Shown in pieces: positions 1 to 9,140 of a stretch of 64,000 nt of DNA; within the stretch, counting starts at the first letter, position 1; the number at the start of each line of letters is the position of its first letter. The position numbers were made by a program, and so were the translations under genes. The DNA is from an uncultured Eggerthella sp. GTDB taxonomy: Bacteria; Actinomycetota; Coriobacteriia; Coriobacteriales; Eggerthellaceae. The DNA lies in assembly GCA_900542265.1 (NCBI GenBank), contig UQML01000005.1:29810-93809 (forward strand), written 5' to 3'. The notes beneath the pieces were generated by a model. That model ran no database searches and had not been told where the DNA came from. It worked only from the letters and a program-made list of their open reading frames with translations.

Positions 1-521
1 TATGTAATATCTGCTTCATAAGCAGGCTTTTTCTCATCAGGCATCATGCCATTTTGAATAAGACCTACTGTCATACCCAAAAACTTATACACCTGACCCA
101 TCCACGCACTGTCGCGTGCTGCCAAGTAATCATTAACTGTTACAACATGAACATTATTACCAGGAAGCGCGTTTAAGTAACCGGCCAAAGTAGAAACAAG
201 CGTCTTACCTTCACCAGTTTTCATTTCAGCGATACGCCCGTCATGAAGTGCCATGCCGCCAATGAGCTGTACGTCATGGTGGCGCAACCCCAAGGTTCGC
301 TTTGACGCCTCTCGGACTGCAGCAAACGCTTCAGGCAGGAGATCATCAAGCTGAGCGCCCTGTTCAAGGCGAGCACGCAACTCAACGGTTACATGAGCTA
401 GCTCATCATCAGTTTTTGCTTCATACGTTGATTCGAGAGCATTAATTTTTTCTACTAGTTGTTCGTATTTTTTGAGCGCCTTACCTTCACCAGCGCTTAA
501 GAGTTTAGAGAGAAATCCCAT
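1..521 (-). CDS. secA: Preprotein translocase ATPase SecA, N-terminal ~173 aa. The gene continues beyond the window start; the ATG is at 519-521.
   Basis: The minus-strand translation begins [30 protein letters not shown]...[33 protein letters not shown], the canonical SecA N-terminus and Walker A region. It is missing from the ORF track because it runs off the window edge. Confidence 0.85.
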   Translation of the reverse strand, partial: MGFLSKLLSAGEGKALKKYEQLVEKINALESTYEAKTDDELAHVTVELRARLEQGAQLDDLLPEAFAAVREASKRTLGLRHHDVQLIGGMALHDGRIAEMKTGEGKTLVSTLAGYLNALPGNNVHVVTVNDYLAARDSAWMGQVYKFLGMTVGLIQNGMMPDEKKPAYEADIT

Positions 522-654
522 AGTATAATTCCTAGCAAGTATTTCTTTGTTAGACTTATCGCAACTACCTTACCACATTGACAATTTTGTCGGCTATCAC
601 ACACTCTACTCTACCCCTGTAAGACACGATAATTACAAAGTTTGACGCTTATCT

Positions 655-1566
655 TTATTGCGCTTCCGCAAGAATTTCTTCATACAAATTCGTCAGTCGC
701 GCTGATCCTTCCAACGCGTATTTGGACACCGCGCGTTTGCGAAATAAAGAAATACATTCCATTGCCCTAAAATGCAAATGAATTTTACGAAGCACTTGTG
801 CCTGCAAATAACAAACTTGTTCATTAAACGGATCAACAGACTCAGCAAATTCTAAAAAGCGCAAAGCAAAATGATAGTCCCTGTCCTTTACCAAATTTTG
901 CGCGCAAACTAGAGCAACTGTTGTCACCTTGTTTTTCCACATAGAACGCGCTGCTACTATCTCTTGATTGTTAAACCCGGGCAAGAGTTCTCCCCGATAC
1001 AAATCCTTCAACGCATCCAAGACCACCACATAATCTGAAAGTCTACCGCACATTATCTCATCGCAAAGATACTCTAGCGCCACCAGATCAATGAAGGAGT
1101 TATTTGAATTGATTTTTAACGAAGTTCTACTTTTTGAAATCCATGAAATTTCTCCTGAATCATTAGCAAACAGACGACTCATATAACTCCAAAGCGTATA
1201 GAGCGACTGGCGAGGTTTCTTTGCGTTTGACGATGGCCACAACACTTGGGAAATCCATTCACGCGAAATCTCGCGATCATGCTGGATAGAGATCAAAGCA
1301 AGCAGCTCTTTTGCCTGATCACGCAATTCGTGTGCTTGAACAACACCATTATGGTTTGTAACACAAGAAAACCCACCAAAGAAGCGAAGTTCTTGCAAAT
1401 CATGAGCAGAAGTAACATCAGGAGAAAATGAGCAAGACGGCTCTTTTGCCTCATGCATATTCATAGCACAACACGATTGACTCTTTAATGATTCAACTTT
1501 TGACGATGGATTTTTTGCTTGAATGAATGAATTTACGGTATTGGACATATCCAATCCTTTCTGCAC
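655..1566 (-). CDS. SARP-family (AfsR/DnrI/RedD-like) transcriptional regulator: OmpR-type winged-helix DNA-binding region plus BTAD domain. The true start may lie at an internal Met, so about 55 aa of N-terminal extension is uncertain.
   Basis: 303-aa ORF. ELRFFGGFS...LLALISIQHDREISREWISQVLWP...SLYTLWSYMSRL matches the SARP DNA-binding pattern. The C-terminal 150 aa (LYRGELLPGF...RAVSKYALEGSARLTNLYEEIL) aligns with the BTAD region of DnrI/ActII-ORF4. The gene is noticeably AT-rich relative to its neighbours. Confidence 0.6.
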   Translation of the reverse strand: MQKGLDMSNTVNSFIQAKNPSSKVESLKSQSCCAMNMHEAKEPSCSFSPDVTSAHDLQELRFFGGFSCVTNHNGVVQAHELRDQAKELLALISIQHDREISREWISQVLWPSSNAKKPRQSLYTLWSYMSRLFANDSGEISWISKSRTSLKINSNNSFIDLVALEYLCDEIMCGRLSDYVVVLDALKDLYRGELLPGFNNQEIVAARSMWKNKVTTVALVCAQNLVKDRDYHFALRFLEFAESVDPFNEQVCYLQAQVLRKIHLHFRAMECISLFRKRAVSKYALEGSARLTNLYEEILAEAQ

Positions 1567-1938
1567 TTACAGTGCCGGGCTTAGAGAGAAATTTGACTGT
1601 TCTTCATTTCTCTGATCGAGTTATTTTTATGCCAGAATCGTTTAAAAGAAGCTGGCAAAAAACTCATTACAATTCGTACACTTAGACTTCAAAACACATA
1701 AATCAACGCCCTTAATCCGTTCACCTGATAGTGAGCGCCATTTATCGGCTGAAGCCTCCAGGAGTATTTGAGAATTATCAAGTCACCCGTATTGTATTTG
1801 TGCTTCGATTGGATGCGATGCAAATCTACTTGCTCTCGGAGGACACGTACTTTAGCAAAATTTTTTGTGGAGTGCGAGTCAAAATTTTGAGTTGACCTCG
1901 TATTTTGCTTCAAATCCAAAAAAGGTGGAAATTGGTGC

Positions 1939-1967
1939 TTGACACAGCTGCTGAGAATTACTAATAT
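1939..1967 (+). promoter_or_regulatory. Sigma70-like promoter for the tRNA-Gln/tRNA-Glu operon: -35 TTGACA, 17-nt spacer, -10 TAATAT.
   Basis: TTGACA at 1939-1944 and TAATAT at 1962-1967 with a 17-nt spacer, about 27 nt upstream of the tRNA-Gln 5' end. Confidence 0.6.
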
Positions 1968-1993
1968 ATTCAGTCGCGTCATGGTTAACCCAT

Positions 1994-2067
1994 TGGGGTG
2001 TCGTCTAATGGTAGGACAGCGGTTTCTGGTACCGTATGTGAGGGTTCGACTCCTTCCACCCCAGCCA
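1994..2067 (+). tRNA. tRNA-Gln (anticodon CTG), CCA encoded.
   Basis: The acceptor stem TGGGGTG/CACCCCA closes, a T-arm GAGGGTTCGACTCCTTC is present, and the anticodon loop is TTCTGGT. The ends UGGGG...ACCCCAGCCA are typical of bacterial tRNA-Gln. Confidence 0.85.
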
Positions 2068-2071
2068 ACAT

Positions 2072-2148
2072 GGCCCCGTCGTCTAGCGGTTTAGGACGCC
2101 GCCCTCTCAAGGCGGAGATCGCCGGTTCGAATCCGGTCGGGACTACCA
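2072..2148 (+). tRNA. tRNA-Glu (anticodon CTC), CCA encoded.
   Basis: GGCCCCGTCGTCTAGCGG...CCGCCCTCTCAAGGCGG...GGTTCGAATCC parallels E. coli tRNA-Glu, with anticodon stem CCGCC/GGCGG and loop CTCTCAA. There is one mismatch in the acceptor stem, so the exact ends are +/-1 nt. Confidence 0.8.
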
Positions 2149-2157
2149 GAGAATTTC

Positions 2158-2188
2158 AAAGGTCAGACATAATGTCTGACCTTTTTTC
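2158..2188 (+). terminator. Rho-independent terminator after the tRNA operon.
   Basis: Perfect hairpin GGTCAGACAT-a-ATGTCTGACC (2161-2181) followed by TTTTTTCTT. Confidence 0.8.
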
Positions 2189-2593
2189 TTGTCTGTTGCT
2201 ACTTAAATTTTCTTAGTTGAAGCAATATTACATTGCATCTGTCGTTTACAATCCCCTGCCTTAAGCGCCTTCCTATCGTCTTATTGCCTTTTCCATTACG
2301 CTATTCAGCTCATCCGATAACGCCCTACAACATAAGTCCCTTTTAAAATCAGAAATTAACTCGTCCTTTAATTAAGCCTTAAACTTAGCCTTTTTCGTCT
2401 CAAAATAAACCGATATTTTAACTCAACTCGTCTTCATAATCTCTTCGCATTTAGATACGTTTTTCCACAAGTGAGGCATGTTTCATTCCTAAATTTGCAG
2501 AATATATGAAATCCGTCACTCTTCATAAAAACCCCTCATCAGAGGTGATTTTCATCTATTTTTAAGACATTTTTGAGACACTTTTAAGACAAA

Positions 2594-2636
2594 GAAAAAA
2601 CCTGAACTTGAAAGCAAATCCAAGTTCAGGTTTTTC
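2594..2636. terminator. Bidirectional intrinsic terminator, 3' of aroE on the minus strand.
   Basis: AAAAAACCTGAACTTG-aaagcaaatc-CAAGTTCAGGTTTTT: an 11-bp stem flanked by an A-tract and a T-tract, about 70 nt downstream of the aroE stop. Confidence 0.7.
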
Positions 2637-2707
2637 ATTACTACAATGGGTGATTGTTTTCTCTTATGAGCACCTAATTACACCTAATAAGATGATAGAG
2701 TTTAGCG

Positions 2708-3574
2708 TTATGAAAACACTTTTTCTTCAATCAAATCGACCGGCATCTGAGCACCAAACCAGATTTCTTCTGAAACAGCAGCTTGATAGAGCAACATACC
2801 CAAACCATTGATAGCAAGGTTGCCTTTAGCACGAGCATCTGCCAAGAATTGCGTCTCGCGGGGGAAATAAATTGCGTCTGCCACAACAATACCTGGACGA
2901 ATGAGATCAGTTGGGATAGGTGTATCAGTATTACCCTCACCCATGCCAACATTAGTTGCATTGATCAAAATTGATGAATCCTCAATTGCGGTTTTGAGAG
3001 CTTCTTCATCTTCAAGATCATGAAGAATAACCTCACAACCAGTCTTAGCAACAACGCGTGGAATCATTTCTTCAGCAGTTTTATGAGACTTACCCTGAGC
3101 ACGAGCAAATAGATGAATCTTTGCAACCCCATCAAGTGCAGCTTGGGCGAAAATTGCCGATCCAGCACCACCAGGACCCAGCAGCGTAATGGTTGCGCCT
3201 TCAACTTCAACCCCATGAGCACGTAAGTTAGTCATAAAACCAATGCCATCAGAATTGTGACCATATGCCTTACCATCTTTAAACTCAACGACGTTAACTG
3301 AATCAATTAACTCAACTGAATCTGAAATCTCATCAAGTAAGGGAATAATAGCACGCTTATGTGGCATGGTGACATTGCATCCTACCAGCCCGTCCATACC
3401 CTTAAAACCCTCTACAACTGCCGCTAAATTCTCAGGCTCAACATCAAAGCAAGTATATACTGCATCAATTCCTAAGTGCTGGTACGACAAATTGTGCATC
3501 GTCGGTGAAAGTGAATGCTCTGTTGGCTTTCCGATCAAGCACGTCGTTTTGGTATGCCCCGTAATTTCAGCCAT
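2708..3574 (-). CDS. aroE: Shikimate dehydrogenase.
   Basis: Motifs LIGKPTEHSLSPTMHN, NVTMPHK, GHNSDG, LLGPGGAG. The start is moved to the internal ATG at 3572-3574 (MAEITGH), which has AAGGAG 7 nt upstream; the longer ORF to 3634 has no SD. Confidence 0.9.
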   Translation of the reverse strand: MAEITGHTKTTCLIGKPTEHSLSPTMHNLSYQHLGIDAVYTCFDVEPENLAAVVEGFKGMDGLVGCNVTMPHKRAIIPLLDEISDSVELIDSVNVVEFKDGKAYGHNSDGIGFMTNLRAHGVEVEGATITLLGPGGAGSAIFAQAALDGVAKIHLFARAQGKSHKTAEEMIPRVVAKTGCEVILHDLEDEEALKTAIEDSSILINATNVGMGEGNTDTPIPTDLIRPGIVVADAIYFPRETQFLADARAKGNLAINGLGMLLYQAAVSEEIWFGAQMPVDLIEEKVFS

Positions 3575-3783
3575 ACGTTTTCTCCTTACGTATTCCCCAA
3601 GTGATTTTATTTTTAGCGATGGGGCAAACAACATACCGCATCGTTAAAAAGTGCTTGTATTCATTATGGCGCAACACCCCCGAAGTTACGTGCACAAATA
3701 GAATGTTAATAGGAGAAAAATGAAACCGTACAGGAAATGAATAATTCCTGTACGATCAATATCATTATCAAGTCATTATCAAG

Positions 3784-5904
3784 TTATCGTGCTCGTCTAC
3801 CAAACTTTGAACCTTTACGAGCCGTTTTTTTAAGTTCGCCTAAAATATCCTCTTCGCTTTTTCCCTCAAGTTGCATGCGTAGTTTTACTACCTGATCACG
3901 TAGACTTGCAGCCGATTCAAAATCCATCGCCGTGGAAGCTGAACGCATCTCTTCTTCAAGCGAAGCAATTACGCGCAAAACTTCAGAACGCGACATTTCA
4001 GCAAGCGCCGCATTAACCTGCTCAGCACTCTCGAATCCTTCTTCGTTCATGTGATCAGTAATGTCAGAAATTGACTTTTGGATGGTTTGTGGCGTAATGC
4101 CATGTTCTTCGTTAAAAGCAATCTGCAGTTCACGACGGCGCGCTGTTTCATCAATTGCACGGCGCATAGAATCAGTGATTTTGTCTGCATACATAATCAC
4201 TTGACCATCCGCATTACGCGCAGCGCGCCCTATTGTCTGGATAAGCGAACGATGGTTACGCAAGAATCCTTCTTTATCAGTATCAAGAATGGCTACTAGA
4301 CTTACCTCGGGAAGATCAAGACCCTCGCGCAATAAGTTAATACCAACTAATACATCAAACTCACCACGACGAAGATCGCTCAAAATCTCAACACGCTCAA
4401 GGGTGCCAATATCAGAATGCATATAACGAGCACGCACCCCTTGATCAAGCAAATGTTCCGTCAGATCTTCAGCCATTCGTTTGGTAAGCGTAGTAATCAA
4501 TACGCGCTCATTACGCGCTGCTCTAATCTTTGACTCATCAATGATGTCATCAATCTGCGACAAAATAGGTCTTACTGAAATTTCTGGATCAAGAAGTCCG
4601 GTTGGACGAATAATCTGCTCGATTACATCTTCACTGACGCGCTCTTCATAATCTCCTGGCGTAGCTGAAACATAAACAAATTGCGGTACCCGTGCTTCAA
4701 ACTCATCAAAACGCAAAGGGCGATTATCCAAACAGCTTGGAAGCCTAAAGCCATGCTCAGCAAGAGTGATTTTGCGGGAGCGATCGCCTTCATGCATGCC
4801 GCGAATCTGTGGTACCGTGACATGCGACTCATCAATAAAGCAAACAAAATCATCCGGGAAATAATCAATGAGCGTATAGGGTGGTTCGCCTGGTTTACGA
4901 CCATCAATATGACGCGAATAATTCTCAATACCTGAACAAAAACCCATCGTTTCAATCATCTCAAGGTCATAACTCGTACGCATTTCAAGACGCTGTGCTT
5001 CAAGCAGCTTGCCCTCTTCCCTAAATTCTGCCAATCGCTGTTGCAGTTCAGTTTGAATGGTATCCAAAGCACGCTCCACCGCTGGACGCGCAGCAACATA
5101 ATGAGAAGCCGGCCAGATGGGAAGCGCTTCAAATGAGTTCAGTTCCTCTCCCGTTACTTTGTCAATTTCTGTGATCGAATCAATCTCATCGCCCCAAAAT
5201 TCAACACGAATAGGGTTATCAGCATAAGGTGGGAAAATATCGATGGCATCACCACGTACACGAAATGTTCCACGCGCAAAGTCATAATCATTGCGGTCAT
5301 ATTGGATATCAATAAGGCTCGCAATAACCTCATCGCGATCTTTTTCAATTTCTTTATCTAAAAAGATGGCCATACCAGCATATTCGGCAGGTGAACCAAT
5401 GCCGTATATGCAAGAGACAGAAGCCACCACAATAACATCACGACGCGAAAGAAGTGCCGCTGTCGCTGCATGGCGCAACTTTTCCACTTCCTCATTGATA
5501 GAGGCATCTTTCTCAATAAAGGTGTCAGTCGTAGGAACATAAGCTTCAGGCTGATAATAATCGTAGTAAGAAACAAAATAGACAACCGCATTATGGGGAA
5601 AGAATTCACGTAACTCAGCTGCAAGCTGAGCAGCAAGCGTCTTGTTAGGAGCAAGAATCAAGGTAGGACGCTGGATCTTTTCAATAGTCTTTGCCATTGT
5701 ATAAGTTTTTCCCGACCCGGTAACACCCATGAGTGTTTGATAGCGCATCCCTGCTTCAACGTTATGAGCGATAGCGTTAATGGCTTCCGGTTGATCACCT
5801 GCTGGCTCATAATCGGAAGCAACCTCAAGAGGCAATTCAGCAAGGCGGGCAACAGGAAGCTTCCCTTCCATGGTCTTACCTTCAATATTAGATAAATGAC
5901 TCAT
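3784..5904 (-). CDS. uvrB: Excinuclease ABC subunit B.
   Basis: 706 aa with GSGKTYTMA, the helicase motifs and a C-terminal UvrB/C interaction region. ATG with GGAGGAG SD. Confidence 0.95.
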   Translation of the reverse strand: MSHLSNIEGKTMEGKLPVARLAELPLEVASDYEPAGDQPEAINAIAHNVEAGMRYQTLMGVTGSGKTYTMAKTIEKIQRPTLILAPNKTLAAQLAAELREFFPHNAVVYFVSYYDYYQPEAYVPTTDTFIEKDASINEEVEKLRHAATAALLSRRDVIVVASVSCIYGIGSPAEYAGMAIFLDKEIEKDRDEVIASLIDIQYDRNDYDFARGTFRVRGDAIDIFPPYADNPIRVEFWGDEIDSITEIDKVTGEELNSFEALPIWPASHYVAARPAVERALDTIQTELQQRLAEFREEGKLLEAQRLEMRTSYDLEMIETMGFCSGIENYSRHIDGRKPGEPPYTLIDYFPDDFVCFIDESHVTVPQIRGMHEGDRSRKITLAEHGFRLPSCLDNRPLRFDEFEARVPQFVYVSATPGDYEERVSEDVIEQIIRPTGLLDPEISVRPILSQIDDIIDESKIRAARNERVLITTLTKRMAEDLTEHLLDQGVRARYMHSDIGTLERVEILSDLRRGEFDVLVGINLLREGLDLPEVSLVAILDTDKEGFLRNHRSLIQTIGRAARNADGQVIMYADKITDSMRRAIDETARRRELQIAFNEEHGITPQTIQKSISDITDHMNEEGFESAEQVNAALAEMSRSEVLRVIASLEEEMRSASTAMDFESAASLRDQVVKLRMQLEGKSEEDILGELKKTARKGSKFGRRAR

Positions 5905-5973
5905 GCGTCTCCTCCTTGAATATGACCCTATAAGCAGGTATTAGAGCATACGTGCTCCACGTTCGCTGTTCTC

Positions 5974-6573
5974 TTACAATAACTCTGCGATGCCTGATTC
6001 TTTTAGCCAGGTATAAATAGTGTGTTGAAATGTCTCAACTGTCGTATCGTTAACAAACACTACATCAGATATCGCAATCCGCTGCTCTTCAGGAACCTGA
6101 CGCGCAATACGGTTTCTTGCATCTCCTTCAGGAATCCCTCGATACTTCACTAATCGCTTGATGCGAACTTCGGGCGATGCGGTAACACACACTACAAGAT
6201 CAGCATGATCGGCAAAATCATCACGTCCATCCAAAATTGCCATTTCTAACACGACAACTGCATGCGTTTTTTGTGCTTCATCAAGACGATAAAGACATTC
6301 TTTATACAGATATGATTGAGTTATTGAATCAAGTTTTTTAGTATTCTCAGGGCTAGAAAATGCACATGCCGCAAGTTTAGATCGAATGATAGTACCTTCG
6401 GCATCAAGAATGTGTTCCCCAAATGCTTCAACGAGTTCTTGCTTCATAACAGGATTAGCCAAATTGTCATGGCCAACTAAATCAGCATAAACAACCGCTG
6501 CTCCGAGCGATGCCATATATTCAGTAAACGTGGATTTCCCACTACCCATACCACCAGTTACGAAGATCTTCAT
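5974..6573 (-). CDS. coaE: Dephospho-CoA kinase.
   Basis: 199 aa beginning MKIFVTGGMGSGKST. The rpsA...coaE-uvrB order is typical of Actinobacteria. Confidence 0.9.
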   Translation of the reverse strand: MKIFVTGGMGSGKSTFTEYMASLGAAVVYADLVGHDNLANPVMKQELVEAFGEHILDAEGTIIRSKLAACAFSSPENTKKLDSITQSYLYKECLYRLDEAQKTHAVVVLEMAILDGRDDFADHADLVVCVTASPEVRIKRLVKYRGIPEGDARNRIARQVPEEQRIAISDVVFVNDTTVETFQHTIYTWLKESGIAELL

Positions 6574-6662
6574 TGTGCTTGTCCTCTCGATTGCTTAAAC
6601 CACAATCAAGTATAGTGGCTCATCACATCTCATCATATCTTTGAAAGAAAAGAATGACTGCC

Positions 6663-7727
6663 CTATCTGCTCTCTACAAACACTACGCTTTTTATAGGGG
6701 CAGATCCCAAAACGACATCATCTTGATAAAAGACGGCATATTGCCCAGGCGCTGTGGGAGTTTGCGCCACATCAAATACTGCGGTGACACAACCGTCAGA
6801 TTCGGTAAAAATTCGTGCGCTAATCGCGTTCGACCGATAACGAATCTTGACACTACATATAATTCCATCGCCCTGCCCATAATCATACTGCTCGATACCT
6901 GCTTGCCACGTCAAAGGCCAGGTCGTCAATCCTGAAATAAGTGCATCATTTTTATACGCGAGCACAAGCACGTTGCGCGAAACATCCTTTTCAACAACAA
7001 ACACCGGCTCGCCAAGCGCAATACCAATTCCTTTACGCTGACCAATGGTGTAGCGATGAAGCCCTTGATGTTCTCCTACTACGCTTCCGTCACGCAGTTC
7101 CACCTTACCAGGCGTATCAGCAATCCCGCGCTCAAGCAAAAAATCACGGTAATCAGTAGGAACAAAACAAAGATCCTGACTTTCAGCTCGATGCGCTACA
7201 GGAAGTTCATGCTCATCTGCAAAGATACGCACGTCAGTTTTTTGCCACTCCCCTAACGGCAAAACAAGACGCGCTAGCTGGTCTTGGGTAAGTTGTGCAA
7301 GCATGTAGCTTTGATCTTTTGTCGTATCATTTGCTTTTGCTATAGCGTATCGTCCTGTTACTGGATCAAACACGCGTCGTGCATAGTGACCCGTTGCCAC
7401 AAAAGCAGCATCATAAGCATCTGCTACCTCAAGCAAAACAGGAATCTTGCAAAAGCGATTACAAAACACGCAAGGCGATGGGGTTTGACCTTGCGCACAT
7501 TGATCGCAAAAAGGAACAATAACCGTACGCTCAAAAACCTCAGTCGCATCGCAAACAATATGTTCAATACCAAGAAAAGCAGCTACTTCTGAAGCCGCCT
7601 GAATAGATGCGTTTGTTGCAGCATCATCAACAAAACGAGCAGTAACACCAATAACCTGGTATCCCTGCTCAATAAGGAGAGCGGCGGAAGTTGCGCTATC
7701 GACTCCGCCGCTTAAACCTAAAACTAT
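6663..7727 (-). CDS. mnmA: tRNA-specific 2-thiouridylase MnmA, full length, but with no canonical start codon. The annotated start is the ATA codon at 7725-7727 that sits where ATG is expected.
   Basis: The in-frame minus-strand translation from 7727 reads IVLGLSGGVDSATSAALLIEQGYQVIGVTARFVDD... (PP-loop SGGVDS) and continues without a stop into the track ORF 6663-7469, which itself begins at a GTG inside CVFCNRFC. There is no ATG, GTG or TTG between the upstream in-frame TAG (7770-7772) and the PP-loop. Confidence 0.7.
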   Translation of the reverse strand: MVLGLSGGVDSATSAALLIEQGYQVIGVTARFVDDAATNASIQAASEVAAFLGIEHIVCDATEVFERTVIVPFCDQCAQGQTPSPCVFCNRFCKIPVLLEVADAYDAAFVATGHYARRVFDPVTGRYAIAKANDTTKDQSYMLAQLTQDQLARLVLPLGEWQKTDVRIFADEHELPVAHRAESQDLCFVPTDYRDFLLERGIADTPGKVELRDGSVVGEHQGLHRYTIGQRKGIGIALGEPVFVVEKDVSRNVLVLAYKNDALISGLTTWPLTWQAGIEQYDYGQGDGIICSVKIRYRSNAISARIFTESDGCVTAVFDVAQTPTAPGQYAVFYQDDVVLGSAPIKSVVFVESR

Positions 7728-7749
7728 GCGAGAAGTATTTTCTGGCGTT

Positions 7750-8928
7750 TTACTCAGCCTCAGTCTCTTCTACTTCGACAACTTCAACTTCCTTAGTCTC
7801 AGGCTCCTCAACAGCAATTTCTAAACCAAGGTCAGCTGCAGCAGCTTTCATGGACAAGGAAATGCGACGGCGATCAGCATTAATGTCCATTACCTTAACC
7901 TTTACAGGGTCACCAACATGGACAACCTGTGCAGGTGAATCAATATGCTTTGCAGCCATCTCGGAAATGTGTACTAAGCCTTCAACATTGTCACCGAGCT
8001 CAATAAATGCACCGAAAGGAACAATCTTGGTAACGGTGCCATCAATAATGGTGCCAACAGGATAAGTCTCAACAAGCTTAGTCCAAGGATCCTCAGTAGT
8101 CTGCTTTAAGCCGAGAGAAATACGCTCACGCTGCAAGTCGACATCGAGAACCTCAACCTCAACTTCTTCTCCAACTTTAACAACCTCTGAAGGATGGTTT
8201 ACGTGGCTCCAAGAAAGCTCGGAGATATGAATCAAACCATCAATGCCACCAAGGTCAACAAAAGCACCAAAGTCTACAATTGAAGAAACCGTACCCTTTA
8301 AGCGCATACCCTTAGTAAGCTTCTCGAGGATCTCAGCACGTTCGTTCTTGCGGCCTTCCTCAAGGATGACGCGACGGGAAAGAACAACGTTATTACGGTT
8401 GCGATCCATCTCAATAACGCGAGCCTCAATCTCAGTGCCAAGGTATGCAGAAAGATCTTTAACGCGACGAAGATCAACCAAGGATGCAGGCAAGAAGCCG
8501 CGAAGTCCGATGTCAAGAATCAAACCACCCTTAACAACCTCAATAACTTCACCGGTTACTACTTCTCCAGCCTTGAATTTATCCTCAACCTCAATCCAAG
8601 CACGTTCATATTCAGCACGCTTCTTAGAAAGGATAAGGCGGCCATCTTTGTCCTCCTTTTGAAGAACAAGAGCCTCAAGTTTATCACCAAGATTTACGAC
8701 CTCAGAAGGATCGGCATCTTTACGGATTGAGAGCTCGCGAGCAGGAATAACGCCTTCACTCTTAAATCCAATATCTACCAACACTTCATCGTGCTCGATC
8801 TTAACGACGGTGCCATCGATCAAGTCACCTTCGTCGAAATCGGTCAGAGTGCCATCGATCATCTGGTTCATCTGCTCGTCAGAGATGTCGTCAAACTCGA
8901 TGACAGACGTGTTCTTGATTTCGGTCAA
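7750..8928 (-). CDS. rpsA: 30S ribosomal protein S1, 392 aa with an acidic C-terminal tail.
   Basis: It aligns with actinobacterial RpsA (DGTVVKIEHDEVLVDIGFKSEGVIPARELSI...GRLILSKKRAEYERAW). The start codon is TTG at 8926-8928 with AAAGGGG 7 nt upstream, and there is no in-frame ATG nearby. Confidence 0.9.
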   Translation of the reverse strand: MTEIKNTSVIEFDDISDEQMNQMIDGTLTDFDEGDLIDGTVVKIEHDEVLVDIGFKSEGVIPARELSIRKDADPSEVVNLGDKLEALVLQKEDKDGRLILSKKRAEYERAWIEVEDKFKAGEVVTGEVIEVVKGGLILDIGLRGFLPASLVDLRRVKDLSAYLGTEIEARVIEMDRNRNNVVLSRRVILEEGRKNERAEILEKLTKGMRLKGTVSSIVDFGAFVDLGGIDGLIHISELSWSHVNHPSEVVKVGEEVEVEVLDVDLQRERISLGLKQTTEDPWTKLVETYPVGTIIDGTVTKIVPFGAFIELGDNVEGLVHISEMAAKHIDSPAQVVHVGDPVKVKVMDINADRRRISLSMKAAAADLGLEIAVEEPETKEVEVVEVEETEAE

Positions 8929-9140
8929 AACGGACCCCTTTCAAAAAAATTCGGGGACCCTTCGTACGTGTTTGTAGTTTTGTTACATAAACCATGCATG
9001 CTGCATCACGTTAATGATGACGCCAACAACAAACATGTCTCGGGGGCCAATACATTCTTTGCCTGCATGATTGCAGACTGTCAAAGTATAGCATAGTAAT
9101 ACTTTTTGACTAGCGAAAATGAAGGATTTGTGGTATGCGA

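Noticed and set aside
1998-2216. 72-aa plus-strand ORF
   Set aside because: It lies entirely within the tRNA-Gln and tRNA-Glu genes and their terminator, so it is a spurious translation of structured RNA.
8929-8975. Hairpin GGACCCC...GGGGACC at the rpsA start / serC 3' region as a terminator
   Set aside because: The stem has a central mismatch and only 4-6 bp pair. The T-run lies in the loop rather than 3' of the stem.
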